From NCBI GenBank assembly GCA_963714015.1, contig OY970223.1, positions 1,760,001 to 1,824,000 of the forward strand: a DNA stretch of 64,000 nt. Reading direction: 5' to 3'. A program made the translations under genes and the position numbers. Below are positions 21,531 to 32,772 of the stretch, piece by piece. Position 1 is the first letter of the stretch; every line of letters starts with the position of its first letter. The notes below the pieces were generated by a model. The model was not told the origin of the DNA. It searched no databases and saw only the letters and a list, made by a program, of their open reading frames with translations. This stretch comes from Vulcanimicrobiota bacterium. Its GTDB lineage: Bacteria > Vulcanimicrobiota > Vulcanimicrobiia > Vulcanimicrobiales > Vulcanimicrobiaceae.

Positions 21531-23859
21531 TTAGTTGCGGAACGTGAGAATTGCGCGTAAACCGAAGGGTTCCATGTAGAGAGCATCGGTAGGAATCGGT
21601 CCGGAGAGCCCCGCGTAAGGAACCCCGGCGCCGAAGCGGGTAAATTTACCGGCTGCGGCGTTGAACAGGTTCGTGCCCGCCAGTGAAAGGTCCATGTGCG
21701 GGCCGATTTGCTTTCCGACCAACGCGTTCACGATGGTGAAAGGTCCTTGATTCAGCTCGTTGTTGTTTCCGCGGAAGATCGCCGCACCGGCAGCATGCCA
21801 GGTCGCGCCGGCCCAATCGAGCTCGAGCGATCCTTGCTGCTGCGGGATGTTGGGAAATTGCCGATTGTCGACGAGATTCGCCGCAGACGTGGGGTTCGAG
21901 AAAAACGCGTTGAGATCGTCGGGGTACGCAACGTTGAGCCCGTACATCGCAGTCAAGAACAAGTGCTGTGGAGCAAACCGCTGGAGGTAGCGTATCTCGG
22001 CGCCTTGATAAACGGCGTTGCCGACGTTGCTGTTGTAGGAGACGCAGCCGGGGATTGGATTGCTCGCGGAGTTATTCGTGCATCCGCCGGATTGCGCCAG
22101 AGCAATGGGATAGTAGATCTCGATCGGATTGCGCAAGTTGGTGCGATAAAGCGAAACGTCGAGCGTTGCAGATTGGAACTCGTGAGACGCGCCCAACTCG
22201 TATTCGGTGGCGTGCTCGGGGTGCTCGCCGGGATTTCCTTGGCCGACGAAGACGCCCAGAGCATCCTGCGCCAATTGCGGCAACGGAAACTGATACCGCT
22301 CGACGAGCAGGGGCGCTCGAAATCCCGTGCCGAGCGAAAACCGTAGGGTCGTTTTGGGATCGGCCGCATAGAGTGCAGCGAAACGACCGTCCAGATTCGA
22401 ACCGAAGCTGGTGTACTGCGAATCGAACAGTCCGCTTTCCAAGCGCAGCTTGCGCGCGGGCTGGAAACCGCCGCGCGCGTACAGGACGTTTATCGTTTGG
22501 CCCAGATTCGGCGTTGCCTGCGCGGCAGTGACGGGGCTAATTCCGGGGGGCGCCGCAAAGACGAGCTGCTCGTAGCGCGTGTAGCCGCCTAAAGAAAATT
22601 GCGAGGTCGCAAAGTCGCGCTCCCAGTTCAGCGCGCCGTTGTAACGGCGGTCGGTATGGGTGACGTCGTATGCCGGATCCGAAACGTTGCCGGAAATCGT
22701 CACGCCGTTGTCGCTCTCGGACGCATCCGTCGTGAGCTCACCCGAACCCAAGGGAAGGCGATCGGTAATCTGATAGGCGCGGATAACCTGGGCGAACGTC
22801 TGCGGGCCCGGACCGATAAATTGTCCGTAACTCGGCGTGCCCCGGTCGGCTGCAAGTTGGTCGATGCCGTTGATGGAAGCGCTTTGATCGCGCACGTCGC
22901 CTAAAAGAAAGACGCGCGCGGTCACGTCGGCGTCCTGCGAGAAGGACCAGGTCATGTTGGCCAATCCGGCATGCGATGCGATCGATGAGCCGAGCGTTGT
23001 GGGGGTCGTGCCGTTGAGCAGTACCGTTTGATTCACGTAGCCGGCTTCGTTTTGATCGTCGGCCGCAAACGCGTAGCCGAGTTTACCATGGGATCCCGTG
23101 CTGTTGAACCATCCTTCGCTCTGTCCGAAGGAGCCGCCGGAGAGCGACAAGGCGTAATGCGGATCGCGCGTCGGCTGCAGCGATACAAGATTGATTGCAC
23201 CGCCGAACGTGTTGCTGCCGTTACTGTCTTCGGGACCCAAGCCCTCGCTGACGCTTACGGCGGAGAACGCCGATGCCGGCAATCGCGAAAGGTCCAGATC
23301 GCCGGTGTTGCCGTCATTGAGCAGCTGACGATCGAGCGCGATCAGCGACTCGGACGGATCGGGCCCGCGCAGCGCTACGACGGTTATCGAGTCTGTCGTT
23401 GCCGCCGTCGGGATGTGCGAAAGTCGCACCGGGAAGTGATTGCAGACCTTCGACGATGCGGTCGTCGCCCAAGCGGTCCAAATCGGCGCGTGAGACGGTA
23501 ATCGTCGGTATCGCTCCGAGGATTGGCGTCAACCGTCCATCCACGCTGACGGTAGCTATCGTTCGCAGCGTGGGCGCATCGATGGGTTCCAGCGCGATGT
23601 CGACGGTGCTGTCGCGATCCAGCGTTATGAGCACCGAGGCGGATCGGTAGCCGCTGCTGGAGGCATCGAGTTCGTACTCACCCGGCGCCGATTGCAGAGT
23701 GAAGGTTCCCGACGAATCCGACGTCGTCGAAACGGACGCTTCCTTTGCGTGCAATACGAGACGCGCACCCGCTAAAGGCGCGCCTGCGGGAGAATGAACG
23801 TGACCCGTGAGCAGACAGCAAGAGGCGGCCAAGCCGCCGAGGATTCCCGTGATGGACAT
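21531..23859 (-). CDS. TonB-dependent receptor with N-terminal carboxypeptidase-regulatory-like domain, frameshifted near 23410
   Basis: N-part 23859-23410; plug motifs (LRG, FGGAINL) and barrel motifs (GTGFRAP, NLFN) in a second frame. Confidence 0.8.
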
Positions 23860-23870
23860 GTGGTGTTAGA

Positions 23871-24380
23871 CTACTCTCCGCTCTTGTAAAACAACCGGTA
23901 GCGCGATTCGTTGATCTCGCGGCTCTCGACGCGCGCAGCAACTGCATCCGCCAGCACATCGATCATGTTGTCCAGAGTTTTCTCAGCCATTCCGCGCGCG
24001 ATGGTCTTGTCCAATATCGCCCCTAGCCCCCTCAGGGGCACTTCATACGTTCCCGTCATCCACAAGATCGATGCGGATGGACCGTTACTGTCTATACCGC
24101 AGCCGCCCTCGAACTCCGGAAACGCTTCCGGGCTGCGTTTTGATCGCATCCTGAAGCGGATCTCGTGCCGGGGCTCCAGGCGCTCCTCCAGACCGGATAT
24201 CTCCACCGGGACTGCAATGTAGCCGACATCGGGCAGCCCAAGTGAGCCCAGCGTCGCGACGAGCGCAAAGTCGCCCCACTTGTCGTTGCCGCGCTCGATG
24301 TCGTGAAGAATCCCCGAGAGTGCCGAGCGTCCCGGAATCACCGGTACGCGCAGCGCGCGCTGAAGATTAATCTCGGCCAT
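23871..24380 (-). CDS. Hypothetical protein (SRPBCC-like fold possible)
   Basis: 169 aa; TATAAT lies 6 nt before ATG (leaderless). Confidence 0.65.
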   Translation of the reverse strand: MAEINLQRALRVPVIPGRSALSGILHDIERGNDKWGDFALVATLGSLGLPDVGYIAVPVEISGLEERLEPRHEIRFRMRSKRSPEAFPEFEGGCGIDSNGPSASILWMTGTYEVPLRGLGAILDKTIARGMAEKTLDNMIDVLADAVAARVESREINESRYRLFYKSGE

Positions 24381-24406
24381 GCCGCCATTATAGCGTAACG
24401 GCCAAG

Positions 24407-25866
24407 TCAGAGCGGCGTGAGGTAGAGATGAGCGTGCGGGTAATCCAGCACGATTCGGAACTTTGACAGAAATTCGGCACCCAAATGGCCGTCCGCGGTA
24501 CCTTGCAGCGTGCGCGTCGTTCCGATCGGCTGATCCTGTGCGGTGATGCCGCCGAGGCGGATCACGGGTAAGGCGCCGAGCTCTTCCACGCTGGTTCCTC
24601 CGACGCCGCCTACTTGTGCGCTCGAGGTAATCGCGAAGAGGTTGGAATGTTGCTCGTAATAGCTGTACGCGAGGTTGATGTTGGATTCGTCCCCGGTGTC
24701 TATCGCGAGTTTGGCGGAGTCATTGCCGAGCATCACGTTGACGACGGGAATAAATCCCGAGAACGTCATCGACAGGGAATTCGCGTCCGTTACCGGATCG
24801 TCGACTCCGAAGACCAGCACATGGTTGCCGTAATCTATCGTGACGGGCACCGTGGCCAGCACGTCGGCGCCGACGACGACGTCGTAGCCGTAACGCTCTA
24901 CGTCGTTCAGAACGATATAGTCGGCGTTGCCGAAATTCACGTTACCCATCTCCAGGGGACCGGTGCGCACCACTTCGACCTCGTCGGAGAATTTTCCGAG
25001 GCCCGCGACGGGCAGCATGCCAATCGGCTTGAGGTTCAACTTCTGAGCAAGTTGCGCGCTAATCGAAAGGGTGGAATTGCCGGTGTCGACCAGGCAGCGA
25101 GCACTGACGCCGGCAATTTTGCAGGTTCCGATCGGCGAGACTGCGTTAGGGTCCAGCGGCATGCGCCCGAGCGATCCGGATTCGAGTGCGGCGAAAGACC
25201 CTGCGGCGCCTCCAACGGCCCCGCAACGATTGTCCGGGTGATGTACCGTTCGGCCGGCGTGCCGTCGACGTCTACGTCGAACGGTAACGAAAACGCATCG
25301 ACGCGACGGTAATCACTGAGCCGGATCGTCGCGCCGGTCGAGCTGACACGCGCACCCGCAACCAGTCCGGTCTTCGGATCCACGTAGACCGCGATAGGCG
25401 TTGCTTGCGGCGCGGCAACGATCAGGCGGCGGCACTGTACGCCGTCAAAGGATTCTTGACCGGTGTCTTGGACGTTGCCTCCGGCTGCCGTAAAGTGCGG
25501 ATCCAGAAATTCGAGAACGCCGAGTAGGCGAAGCGCGCGCAGATCGGGATCGGTTTTGTCGTCCATGGGCACGGTTGTGCCGTTTAAGTTGAACCGAAAT
25601 AACCGGCTGCCGTCGAAATAGCTTCCGACGCAGATCGTTCCGTTGCATTCGCGCAGCGTATACCTCAAACCGAGCGCCTCGGTTTGAGCAACCGCGGGGA
25701 TTCCGTCAACGACATGTTGCGATATGCTCACGAGGTGCATGTCGTACAGGCCGCCGTTCACCGTGCGCATTTTCACCAAAAGCGCCGCAAGCGGGGACGG
25801 TGGGGCCGCGCCGAGCGAAGCAAGCGCGACTGCGCAAAGCAAAACGAGCCGGGCGGCGAAGCGCAT
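24407..25866 (-). CDS. Secreted protein with tandem retropepsin-like aspartyl protease domains, frameshifted near 25175
   Basis: Signal peptide; LVDTGN and AIDTGD motifs with VVGADVL and HLGAEFL. Confidence 0.8.
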
Positions 25867-25870
25867 CGCT

Positions 25871-26170
25871 ATGAATTTCGAGCTCCTAGACCGCTACCTT
25901 CTCGAAGAAAAGCCGCCGAAGGCAGCCCTCATCAAGGAGCTGCTCAAGAAACGTTACGATATCCCAGGGGCGGCCGCGTTTTATCAAGGCATGGAGATGC
26001 TCGGAGTTAAGACCCCCGATCTGAGCCTCATCGCGCTGCGGTTGCTGTTGGCCGGCAAGAAAGCCGACGACTCGAACGTCGTCCGCATACGGACGCTGAT
26101 CGAACGTGCCCGGGCAAAAGGGGTAGACGCGCAGGCGAGTATCGACGCGTATCACCGGGAGTTCGAGTGA
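25871..26170 (+). CDS. Hypothetical protein
   Basis: 99 aa starting MNFELLDRYLLEE; coding-like composition. Confidence 0.65.
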   Translation: MNFELLDRYLLEEKPPKAALIKELLKKRYDIPGAAAFYQGMEMLGVKTPDLSLIALRLLLAGKKADDSNVVRIRTLIERARAKGVDAQASIDAYHREFE

Positions 26171-26242
26171 TCGCCCCTCCGGGGAGGGTTGCCGAGCGGA
26201 CGGAACCCGGCCCCCGCGTGACGGGGAAAGGCTCCGGCGGAT

Positions 26243-26269
26243 GGAACAAGCCGATTGGTAATCGCGTTG
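26243..26269 (+). promoter_or_regulatory. ECF-sigma-type promoter
   Basis: GGAAC-N17-CGTTG ending 11 nt before ATG 26281. Confidence 0.5.
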
Positions 26270-26280
26270 ACTAAGCGGAT

Positions 26281-26655
26281 ATGGCTGTATTTCGGTATTC
26301 GGCGTTACTGGCGATGGCAGCGACCCTTGCGGTCGGCTGCGGTGCGCTTGCTGTTGCCGATCCGGGTCATCATCATGGTCATAAAACGCCGGCAACCGCT
26401 CCCCCGGGTTCGTATGGCGTTCCGCGTTCGCACGCCCTGGTTACAGGGGTCATCGTGGGCGTCGACTATGGGTCCGCCAATATTCTGGTCGGCACACCGC
26501 ACGGTCTCGTTCCGGTAGCCGTCACGCCGACGACGAGCATCATCCGTGGATCATCAGTCGCCTCACTCCCCGATCTTGCACGCGGTACGCGAGTCAGCGT
26601 TGACGTCACCGACATGGGCGGACGCCTCATCGCCCAAATCATTCGCATCCGTTAA
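26281..26655 (+). CDS. Secreted hypothetical protein (His-rich linker, OB-fold/DUF5666-like)
   Basis: Signal peptide, GHHHGH, VTGVIVGVD..LARGTRVSV. Confidence 0.65.
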   Translation: MAVFRYSALLAMAATLAVGCGALAVADPGHHHGHKTPATAPPGSYGVPRSHALVTGVIVGVDYGSANILVGTPHGLVPVAVTPTTSIIRGSSVASLPDLARGTRVSVDVTDMGGRLIAQIIRIR

Positions 26656-27605
26656 CCTTTCGAAGGCGCGGCGCGTCCGCGCCGCTGATTTCACCGTAAC
26701 GGACGGCGAGACGCTGGTTATATTGGGACCGAGCGGCGCCGGAAAGACTTCGCTGCTGCGGCTGCTGGCCGGACTCGAGCGCCCCGATTCCGGCTCCGTA
26801 GTGGTTGACGGCTCGGATGTGACAAACGTCCCTGCGCGCCGGAGGCGTATTGCGCTGGTCACGCAAGAAGACTCACTTTTTCCGCACATGACGGTATACG
26901 ACAATCTGGCCTTCGGCATCCGCGTGCAACGAGGCCGCGGCGCGCAAGCACGCGACCGGATCGGCCACTGGGCGAGGGCGCTGGAAATCGAAGAGTCTGC
27001 TTCATTCACGCCCGGCGAGGATTTCCGGTGGTCAGCGCCAGCGCGTCGCGCTCGCCCGGGCGCTGCTGAGCGATCCGCGTGTCTTGCTCTTGGACGAACC
27101 CTTCGCGCATTTGGATCCGCAATTGCGTTCGCGCGTACGCCGAACGTTTGCGGACGCGCGCAGGCGCTTTACCGGAGCGGCCGTTCACGTGACGCACGAT
27201 CATGCGGAAGCGCTCGCGATCGCCGATCGTCTGGCAATCATGATCGCAGGCGAGATCGTTCAGTACGGAACGCCCCGGTACGTCTACGATTTTCCAGCTT
27301 CGGTCGCCGTCGCCGAATTCTTGGGCTCGCCGCCGATGAATCTCATCTCGAGTGACGGTGTGGTTCTGGGCATCCGTCCGGAACACGTTCGGCTGCATCC
27401 GGAGGGTCAGTTGGAAGGCGAGGTCGTGCGCTGTGAAACGATGGGCGCCGACAGTTATATCGAGGTTCGGACCCCGCAAGGTTCGGTCACCGCGCGAATC
27501 GGTGCTTCCGGCGACACCCCCGAGACGGGCGAGAGCGTTCGGCTCTTGCTTCCCGAAGCTTTCCTGCGCCGTTTCGATGGCCGGACCGGTAAGAGTATCG
27601 ATTGA
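26650..27605 (+). CDS. MalK-like ABC ATPase, frameshifted near 27000; start uncertain
   Basis: GPSGAGKT and [10 protein letters not shown], then [13 protein letters not shown] and LLDEPF in the shifted frame. Confidence 0.8.
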
Positions 27606-28576
27606 AATCCGTCACGGCGCTCGCGAGCGGTGTGATCTGCGCCGGTTTTACCGGCTCCCGGATCGACGCAGCACTCGCCAAGCGGCTGGATCGATTGCAA
27701 ATCGGCGGCGTCGTGCTGTTTTCGCGCAACACCCCCTCGCTGGGCGCGACCAGTCAGCTGACGAGGCAGCTCCGGAATATTCTCGATCGCCCAATCATTG
27801 CCGTCGATCAAGAAGGCGGCCGCGTCATGCGGATCACGCAGGGAGCGGCAAAGATTCCACCGATGCGCGAGGTCGGCGACTCGGGCGATACGGGCGCGGC
27901 GGAACGCTACGGTTATGCGGCAGGCTGCGATCTTCGCGCGGCGGGGTGTAACGTCGACTTCGCGCCCGTGCTGGATTTGGGAATACACTCCGGCAGCGTC
28001 ATCGGAGACCGTTCGTTCGGAGCCGATCCGCACATCGTCACGCAAATGGGGGGCGCTTTTGCGCGCGGCCTGCGCAATTCGGGGATCGTTCCCACGTATA
28101 AGCATTTTCCCGGACACGGCTCGACGGCAGTAGATTCGCACCTCGAACTGCCGCAGGTTACGATCGGTGAACAGGAGTTCCGATCGCACGATCTGATTCC
28201 ATTCGCGCAGCTTCTGCCGAACGCGGAAGCGCTGATGACCGCGCACGTCGTCGTGCGCGCTTTGGATCCGCAGCGTCCCGCGACGATCTCGCCGGCGATC
28301 TTGACGGATCTGCTGCGCACCGAACTTCGTTTCCCGGGAGTGTGCTTCACCGACTGCTTGGAGATGGATGCGATCGCCAAAACAACCGGGAGCATTGAAG
28401 GCGCCGTGCAGGCGCTGCAGGCGGGGGCAGATTGCCTGCTTTTCAGTCATCGGCTCGACTTGGCCGAGGGGTCGATCGAAGCGATCGTTCGCGCGGTAGA
28501 AAGCGAAATGCTGCCTTACGATCGGCTTGCCGAAGCCCACGCACGCGTAGAGCGCCTGAAAGAGCGCTTGTGCTGA
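27602..28576 (+). CDS. nagZ: Beta-N-acetylhexosaminidase (GH3)
   Basis: [35 protein letters not shown]. Confidence 0.92.
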   Translation: MKSVTALASGVICAGFTGSRIDAALAKRLDRLQIGGVVLFSRNTPSLGATSQLTRQLRNILDRPIIAVDQEGGRVMRITQGAAKIPPMREVGDSGDTGAAERYGYAAGCDLRAAGCNVDFAPVLDLGIHSGSVIGDRSFGADPHIVTQMGGAFARGLRNSGIVPTYKHFPGHGSTAVDSHLELPQVTIGEQEFRSHDLIPFAQLLPNAEALMTAHVVVRALDPQRPATISPAILTDLLRTELRFPGVCFTDCLEMDAIAKTTGSIEGAVQALQAGADCLLFSHRLDLAEGSIEAIVRAVESEMLPYDRLAEAHARVERLKERLC

Positions 28577-29611
28577 CCGCGCGAAGCTCCTTCGAACGGG
28601 TACACGCCGTACTCGGGAAGGCGTGCGGCAGCATCTTCACTGGGGCGGTCGCGCGGATCGAACACGGCGGCGCCCCAGTCTTCGAACGAGCCTATGGAAC
28701 GACACGAGGAGATGAACTTCAACGCCCCGTCTATGCCGACACGCTTTTCGATTTGGCGTCGCTTACGAAGCTCTTTGCCGGCACGCTCGCGCTGTGCGCG
28801 GTTGGAGACGGGACGCTTCCGTTGGACGGGCCGCTTATCCGTTGGATTCCGCAATGGAAAGGCTTGCCGCAAGAGCGCATCTCCCTGCGCATGCTGCTGG
28901 CGCACACATCCGGGATGAATTCGGGCGCCGATTACCGCAATCTGCTCGACTGGAACGTCGTGCGCTACACGCTCGAGCGCCCGCTGACGGCGCAGCCGGG
29001 TGGGGACGTGATCTACAGCGATCTCGGTTTTATTACGATCGGCGAAGTGCTGGAGCGCGCGCGCGGAAGATCTTTGGGATCGTCGCTGCGCCGTCTGCGC
29101 CGCTCGCCGGTGTTCCGGCCGCCCGCAAATGCCGCGCTCGACATTCCTGCGACCGAACGTGACGCGTGGCGCGGTAGAGTGCAAGGCTACGTTCACGACG
29201 AGAAGGCGTATTTGATGGGCGGAATGGCGGGGCATGCGGGGTTGTTCGGCACGGCGGCGGATGCGGCATGGATCGCCGAGCAATACTTAGCGCCGTTGTG
29301 CGGCCGGGGCAGCGGCGTCTTGAGTTCCGATCTGGCGCGCGAAGCTGACGATCGAGCAGGCGCCGGATCCGGTGCTGCGCCGCGGCCTGGGCTGGGCGCT
29401 CAAGACGAGCGACGAAAACTCGTGCGGCCGCTGGTTCTCTGCGCAGACATTCGGCCACACCGGATTCGTCGGCACGTGCGTGTGGGCCGATCCGCTCCGC
29501 GACTGCAGCGGCGTTCTGTTGACCAACAGCGTCTATTTCGGCCGCAATGACACGCGCGATCTTCGTGCGGCGTTTTACGAAGCGCTCGTCGACGATCTGG
29601 ACCTGCGATGA
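28570..29611 (+). CDS. Beta-lactamase-family serine hydrolase (AmiE-like candidate), frameshifted near 29345
   Basis: ASLTK (SxxK), YSD, GHAGLF; FGHTGF in second frame. Confidence 0.8.
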
Positions 29612-30759
29612 TCGCGGTCGGGTTGATGAGCGGTACGTCGCTCGACGGGATCGACGCGGCACTCGTGCGGATTCGCCCGTACGAAAATTCCTACAAAGTC
29701 GATCTGCTGAACTTCCAGACGGTTGAGTTCGAAGACGAACTGGCGGCGCTTTTGGACGAGCTCTTACCGCCGTCTTCAGGCAGCGTAGCAGGCGTCGCGC
29801 GGGCACATCACGCATTGGGCGAAGCCTTCGCTCGTGCGGTCGAACTCGTCGAGAGCGATATGCCGATCGATTACGTCGCATCTCACGGACAGACGGTTTG
29901 GCACGAAGGCGCAGCGGGGGTGACCTTGCAGATCGGCGATCCGTTCTTGATCCGCGACCGCGCGAACGCGAGCGTCTGCTATGATTTTCGAAGCGGCGAC
30001 TGCGCTGCCGGGGGACAAGGCGCGCCGCTCGTTCCGTACGTCGACGCGCTGCTGCTGCAGGAAGCCGGCGAAGATCGGGTTGCAATCAATATCGGCGGCA
30101 TCGCTAACCTTACCGTGCTTCCTCGCGGAACCGCGGCGTCGAACGTGTCGGCATTCGACAGCGGCCCGGGAAACATGCTCATCGACGCCTACGTGCGATT
30201 GAAAACGGACGGAGAACGGGCTTACGATCGCGGCGGCGAGTTGGCGTTGCGCGGGACAGTCGACGCGGAATTGCTTTCCGCGCTTCTGACGGACGCGTAT
30301 TTCGCCCAAGCGCCGCCTAAAACGACGGGGCGCGAATACTTCGGTTGCCAGTTTTTGGAACGTCATGCCCGCGCGCTGCAAGAGTTATCGTTGGAGGATG
30401 GAGCGGCGACTTTGACGGCGCTCACCGCGGAGTCCATTGCGCGCGCGGTGCGCTCGGTCGCACCGGCCGGAGCACGGGTCATCCTAAGCGGGGGCGGCGT
30501 GCGCAATGCGGCCCTTGCCGGCGGACTGCAAGCACGGCTGGCGGGGTTTCGCGTCGAACGCTCGGACGCCATGGGCATCAATTCCGACGCCAAAGAGGCC
30601 ATCGCGTTCGCCGTGCTCGGATACGAGACGCTGCGGGGCCGGGCTGCGAACGTTCCTGCTGCAACCGGCGCATCGCGTCCGGCGCTGCTGGGTGCGATAG
30701 CACCCTTCGATCTTCCGCAATTGCTGGCAAAGGTACGGTCCGAATGCCGCACCTCGTAG
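29608..30759 (+). CDS. anmK: Anhydro-N-acetylmuramic acid kinase
   Basis: GLMSGTSLDGID, SHGQT, GGQGAPL, FDSGPGN, KEAIAFA. Confidence 0.95.
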   Translation: MIAVGLMSGTSLDGIDAALVRIRPYENSYKVDLLNFQTVEFEDELAALLDELLPPSSGSVAGVARAHHALGEAFARAVELVESDMPIDYVASHGQTVWHEGAAGVTLQIGDPFLIRDRANASVCYDFRSGDCAAGGQGAPLVPYVDALLLQEAGEDRVAINIGGIANLTVLPRGTAASNVSAFDSGPGNMLIDAYVRLKTDGERAYDRGGELALRGTVDAELLSALLTDAYFAQAPPKTTGREYFGCQFLERHARALQELSLEDGAATLTALTAESIARAVRSVAPAGARVILSGGGVRNAALAGGLQARLAGFRVERSDAMGINSDAKEAIAFAVLGYETLRGRAANVPAATGASRPALLGAIAPFDLPQLLAKVRSECRTS

Positions 30760-31640
30760 TCGGCGTCGATGCGGGCGGCTCGAGCACGGTTGTTGCGCTC
30801 GAGCAAGACGGCAATCTGCTGCGCACGCATGAGGGACCGGGAGCCAATGCCAGCAGCCGCGGGGAAGAAGCGGCCGGTGATTCGATCGCCGCAACGATCC
30901 TCTCGGCGCTCGACGGCGCGCTCCCGCATGCGATCTTCGTCGGCGCAGCCGGCGCCGGCCGTCCCGACGTCGCGCAAACGCTTTGCAGTGTACTCGAATC
31001 GCGTTTCCCGGGATCGCGCATCGGCGTACGCGACGACGCATACATTGCCTTACGCGCGTGCGTTCCCGAAGGCGACGGCGCCGTGGTGATAGCCGGAACG
31101 GGTTCGATTGCTTATGCGCAGCGAGGAAACGCCGAGTTCCGCAGCGGCGGGTACGGCTATTTGCTCGGTGACGAAGGATCGGGCTTTTCCATCGGGGCCG
31201 CGGCGCTGAAACTCGTGCTGCGCGCGTTCGACGAACGAGCGCCGCGCGAACCCTTTGTCGAGATTCTGGCAGCGCGTCTTGGAGTCGAGGACGGCAATGC
31301 GATCCTGCGTACCATCTACGGAAACCGCAATCCGATCGCAGCAATCGCCGCGGTCGCGCCGATCGTTCTGGAACATGCCGATCTGGGGGATCGAAGCGCC
31401 AACAAGATCGTCCAGGCGGCCGCGCTCGAACTCTCCGAGATGGCGAAATCGATCGTCAAACGTGCCGATCTCGCGCATAGCGGCGCACCGCTGGTTCTGG
31501 CGGGATCGCTGCTAAGAAACAATAGCCTGCTGACATTCTTGCTGGAGTCGAGGCTGAAGAACGATTTGCCTGAAATGCCGGTGTTCAAGGCGCAAGCGCA
31601 GCCGTTTTCGGGAGCGCTAGCTGCGGCTCGTCGCCTGTAA
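30744..31640 (+). CDS. BadF/BcrA-family N-acetylglucosamine/N-acetylmuramic acid kinase
   Basis: GVDAGGSST, IAGTGS, GGYGYLLGDEGSG. Confidence 0.88.
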   Translation: MPHLVVGVDAGGSSTVVALEQDGNLLRTHEGPGANASSRGEEAAGDSIAATILSALDGALPHAIFVGAAGAGRPDVAQTLCSVLESRFPGSRIGVRDDAYIALRACVPEGDGAVVIAGTGSIAYAQRGNAEFRSGGYGYLLGDEGSGFSIGAAALKLVLRAFDERAPREPFVEILAARLGVEDGNAILRTIYGNRNPIAAIAAVAPIVLEHADLGDRSANKIVQAAALELSEMAKSIVKRADLAHSGAPLVLAGSLLRNNSLLTFLLESRLKNDLPEMPVFKAQAQPFSGALAAARRL

Positions 31641-32537
31641 ATGGAACGCGTTCCTCAAACCGAACACGCCAATCCACGCACCGGCGATTTGGATGTACTT
31701 TCCACTGTCGATCTGGTTCGCACCTTAGCGGAAGAGCATCGCACGGCAGCCGATGCGGTACTTGACGCCGGCGACCAATTGGCGGCGGCCGTTGACGAAA
31801 TTGTGCGCCGGCTGAGCGGCGGCGGAAGACTTCATTACGTCGGCGCGGGGACCAGCGGCCGGCTTGGCATTCTCGATGCTTCCGAGATGCCGCCGACGTT
31901 CGGAACCGATCCGTCCCTGGTGTGCGCGCACATTGCCGGCGGCGAGGCGGCGGTGACGGGCGCGGTCGAAGGAGCGGAAGACGATGCGGCCGCGGGGCAG
32001 CGTGAAATGCGCGATCACGTGAAAGAGGGTGACGCGGTGGTCGCGCTAAGTGCCAGCGGAGGCGCAGCTTACGTTGCGGCAGCCCTGGCCGCGGCGCGCG
32101 AATGCGGGGCGTACACCTTAAGCGTAACGAACGTTCCGGGATCGCCGCTTGAATCGGCGGCGCACTGCGCAATCGTGCTGATGACGGGTCCCGAAGCGCT
32201 CGCCGGATCGACGCGGCTCAAAGCCGGAACCGCGCAAAAGATTCTGCTCAACACGCTCTCCACGGCGGTCATGGTGCGTCTGGAGAAAGCCTACGGAAAC
32301 CTCATGGTCGACGTAGCGGCGACCAACAAGAAGCTGCGCGATCGCGCGACGCGCCTGGTATCGCATATCGCCCGGATTAGCGAAGAACAAGCGGCGGATC
32401 TGCTCCAAGCGGTGAACTGGAACGTCAAAGTCGCCGTGATCGTGGCGCGCACCTCGCTCGATGCGGTCAGCGCGGCTGCTTTGCTCGCGCAAAACAAGGG
32501 CTCGCTTCGTCGCAGCCTGTCGCACTTGCCTGGGTAA
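31641..32537 (+). CDS. murQ: N-acetylmuramic acid 6-phosphate etherase
   Basis: GAGTSGRLGILDASE, GSTRLKAGTAQK, YGNLMVDV. Confidence 0.95.
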   Translation: MERVPQTEHANPRTGDLDVLSTVDLVRTLAEEHRTAADAVLDAGDQLAAAVDEIVRRLSGGGRLHYVGAGTSGRLGILDASEMPPTFGTDPSLVCAHIAGGEAAVTGAVEGAEDDAAAGQREMRDHVKEGDAVVALSASGGAAYVAAALAAARECGAYTLSVTNVPGSPLESAAHCAIVLMTGPEALAGSTRLKAGTAQKILLNTLSTAVMVRLEKAYGNLMVDVAATNKKLRDRATRLVSHIARISEEQAADLLQAVNWNVKVAVIVARTSLDAVSAAALLAQNKGSLRRSLSHLPG

Positions 32538-32581
32538 GATGCTGATCGAGCATCCTATCACTAGCGCAAAGGAGGAACGAC

Positions 32582-32749
32582 ATGGCTGCACTAGCCGGAA
32601 TCTTGTGGACTATCATCGTTATCCTGTTCGCAGTCTGGATCGCGGGGCTTATCCTGCACTTCCTGGCCGGCTGGATCTGGTTGTTGTTCGTGGTCGCCGT
32701 TGTGTTGCTGTTCATCAACCTGCTCAGCGGACGAGGCGCGACGGTCTAA
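32582..32749 (+). CDS. 55-aa two-TM membrane protein (lmo0937/DUF5670-like)
   Basis: AGGAGG RBS; MAALAGILWTIIVILFAVWIAGLILHFLAGWIWLLFVVAVVLLFINLLSGRGATV; below ORF-track size cutoff. Confidence 0.8.
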   Translation: MAALAGILWTIIVILFAVWIAGLILHFLAGWIWLLFVVAVVLLFINLLSGRGATV

Positions 32750-32772
32750 CGACTCGAAAAGCGCCGTGACGA

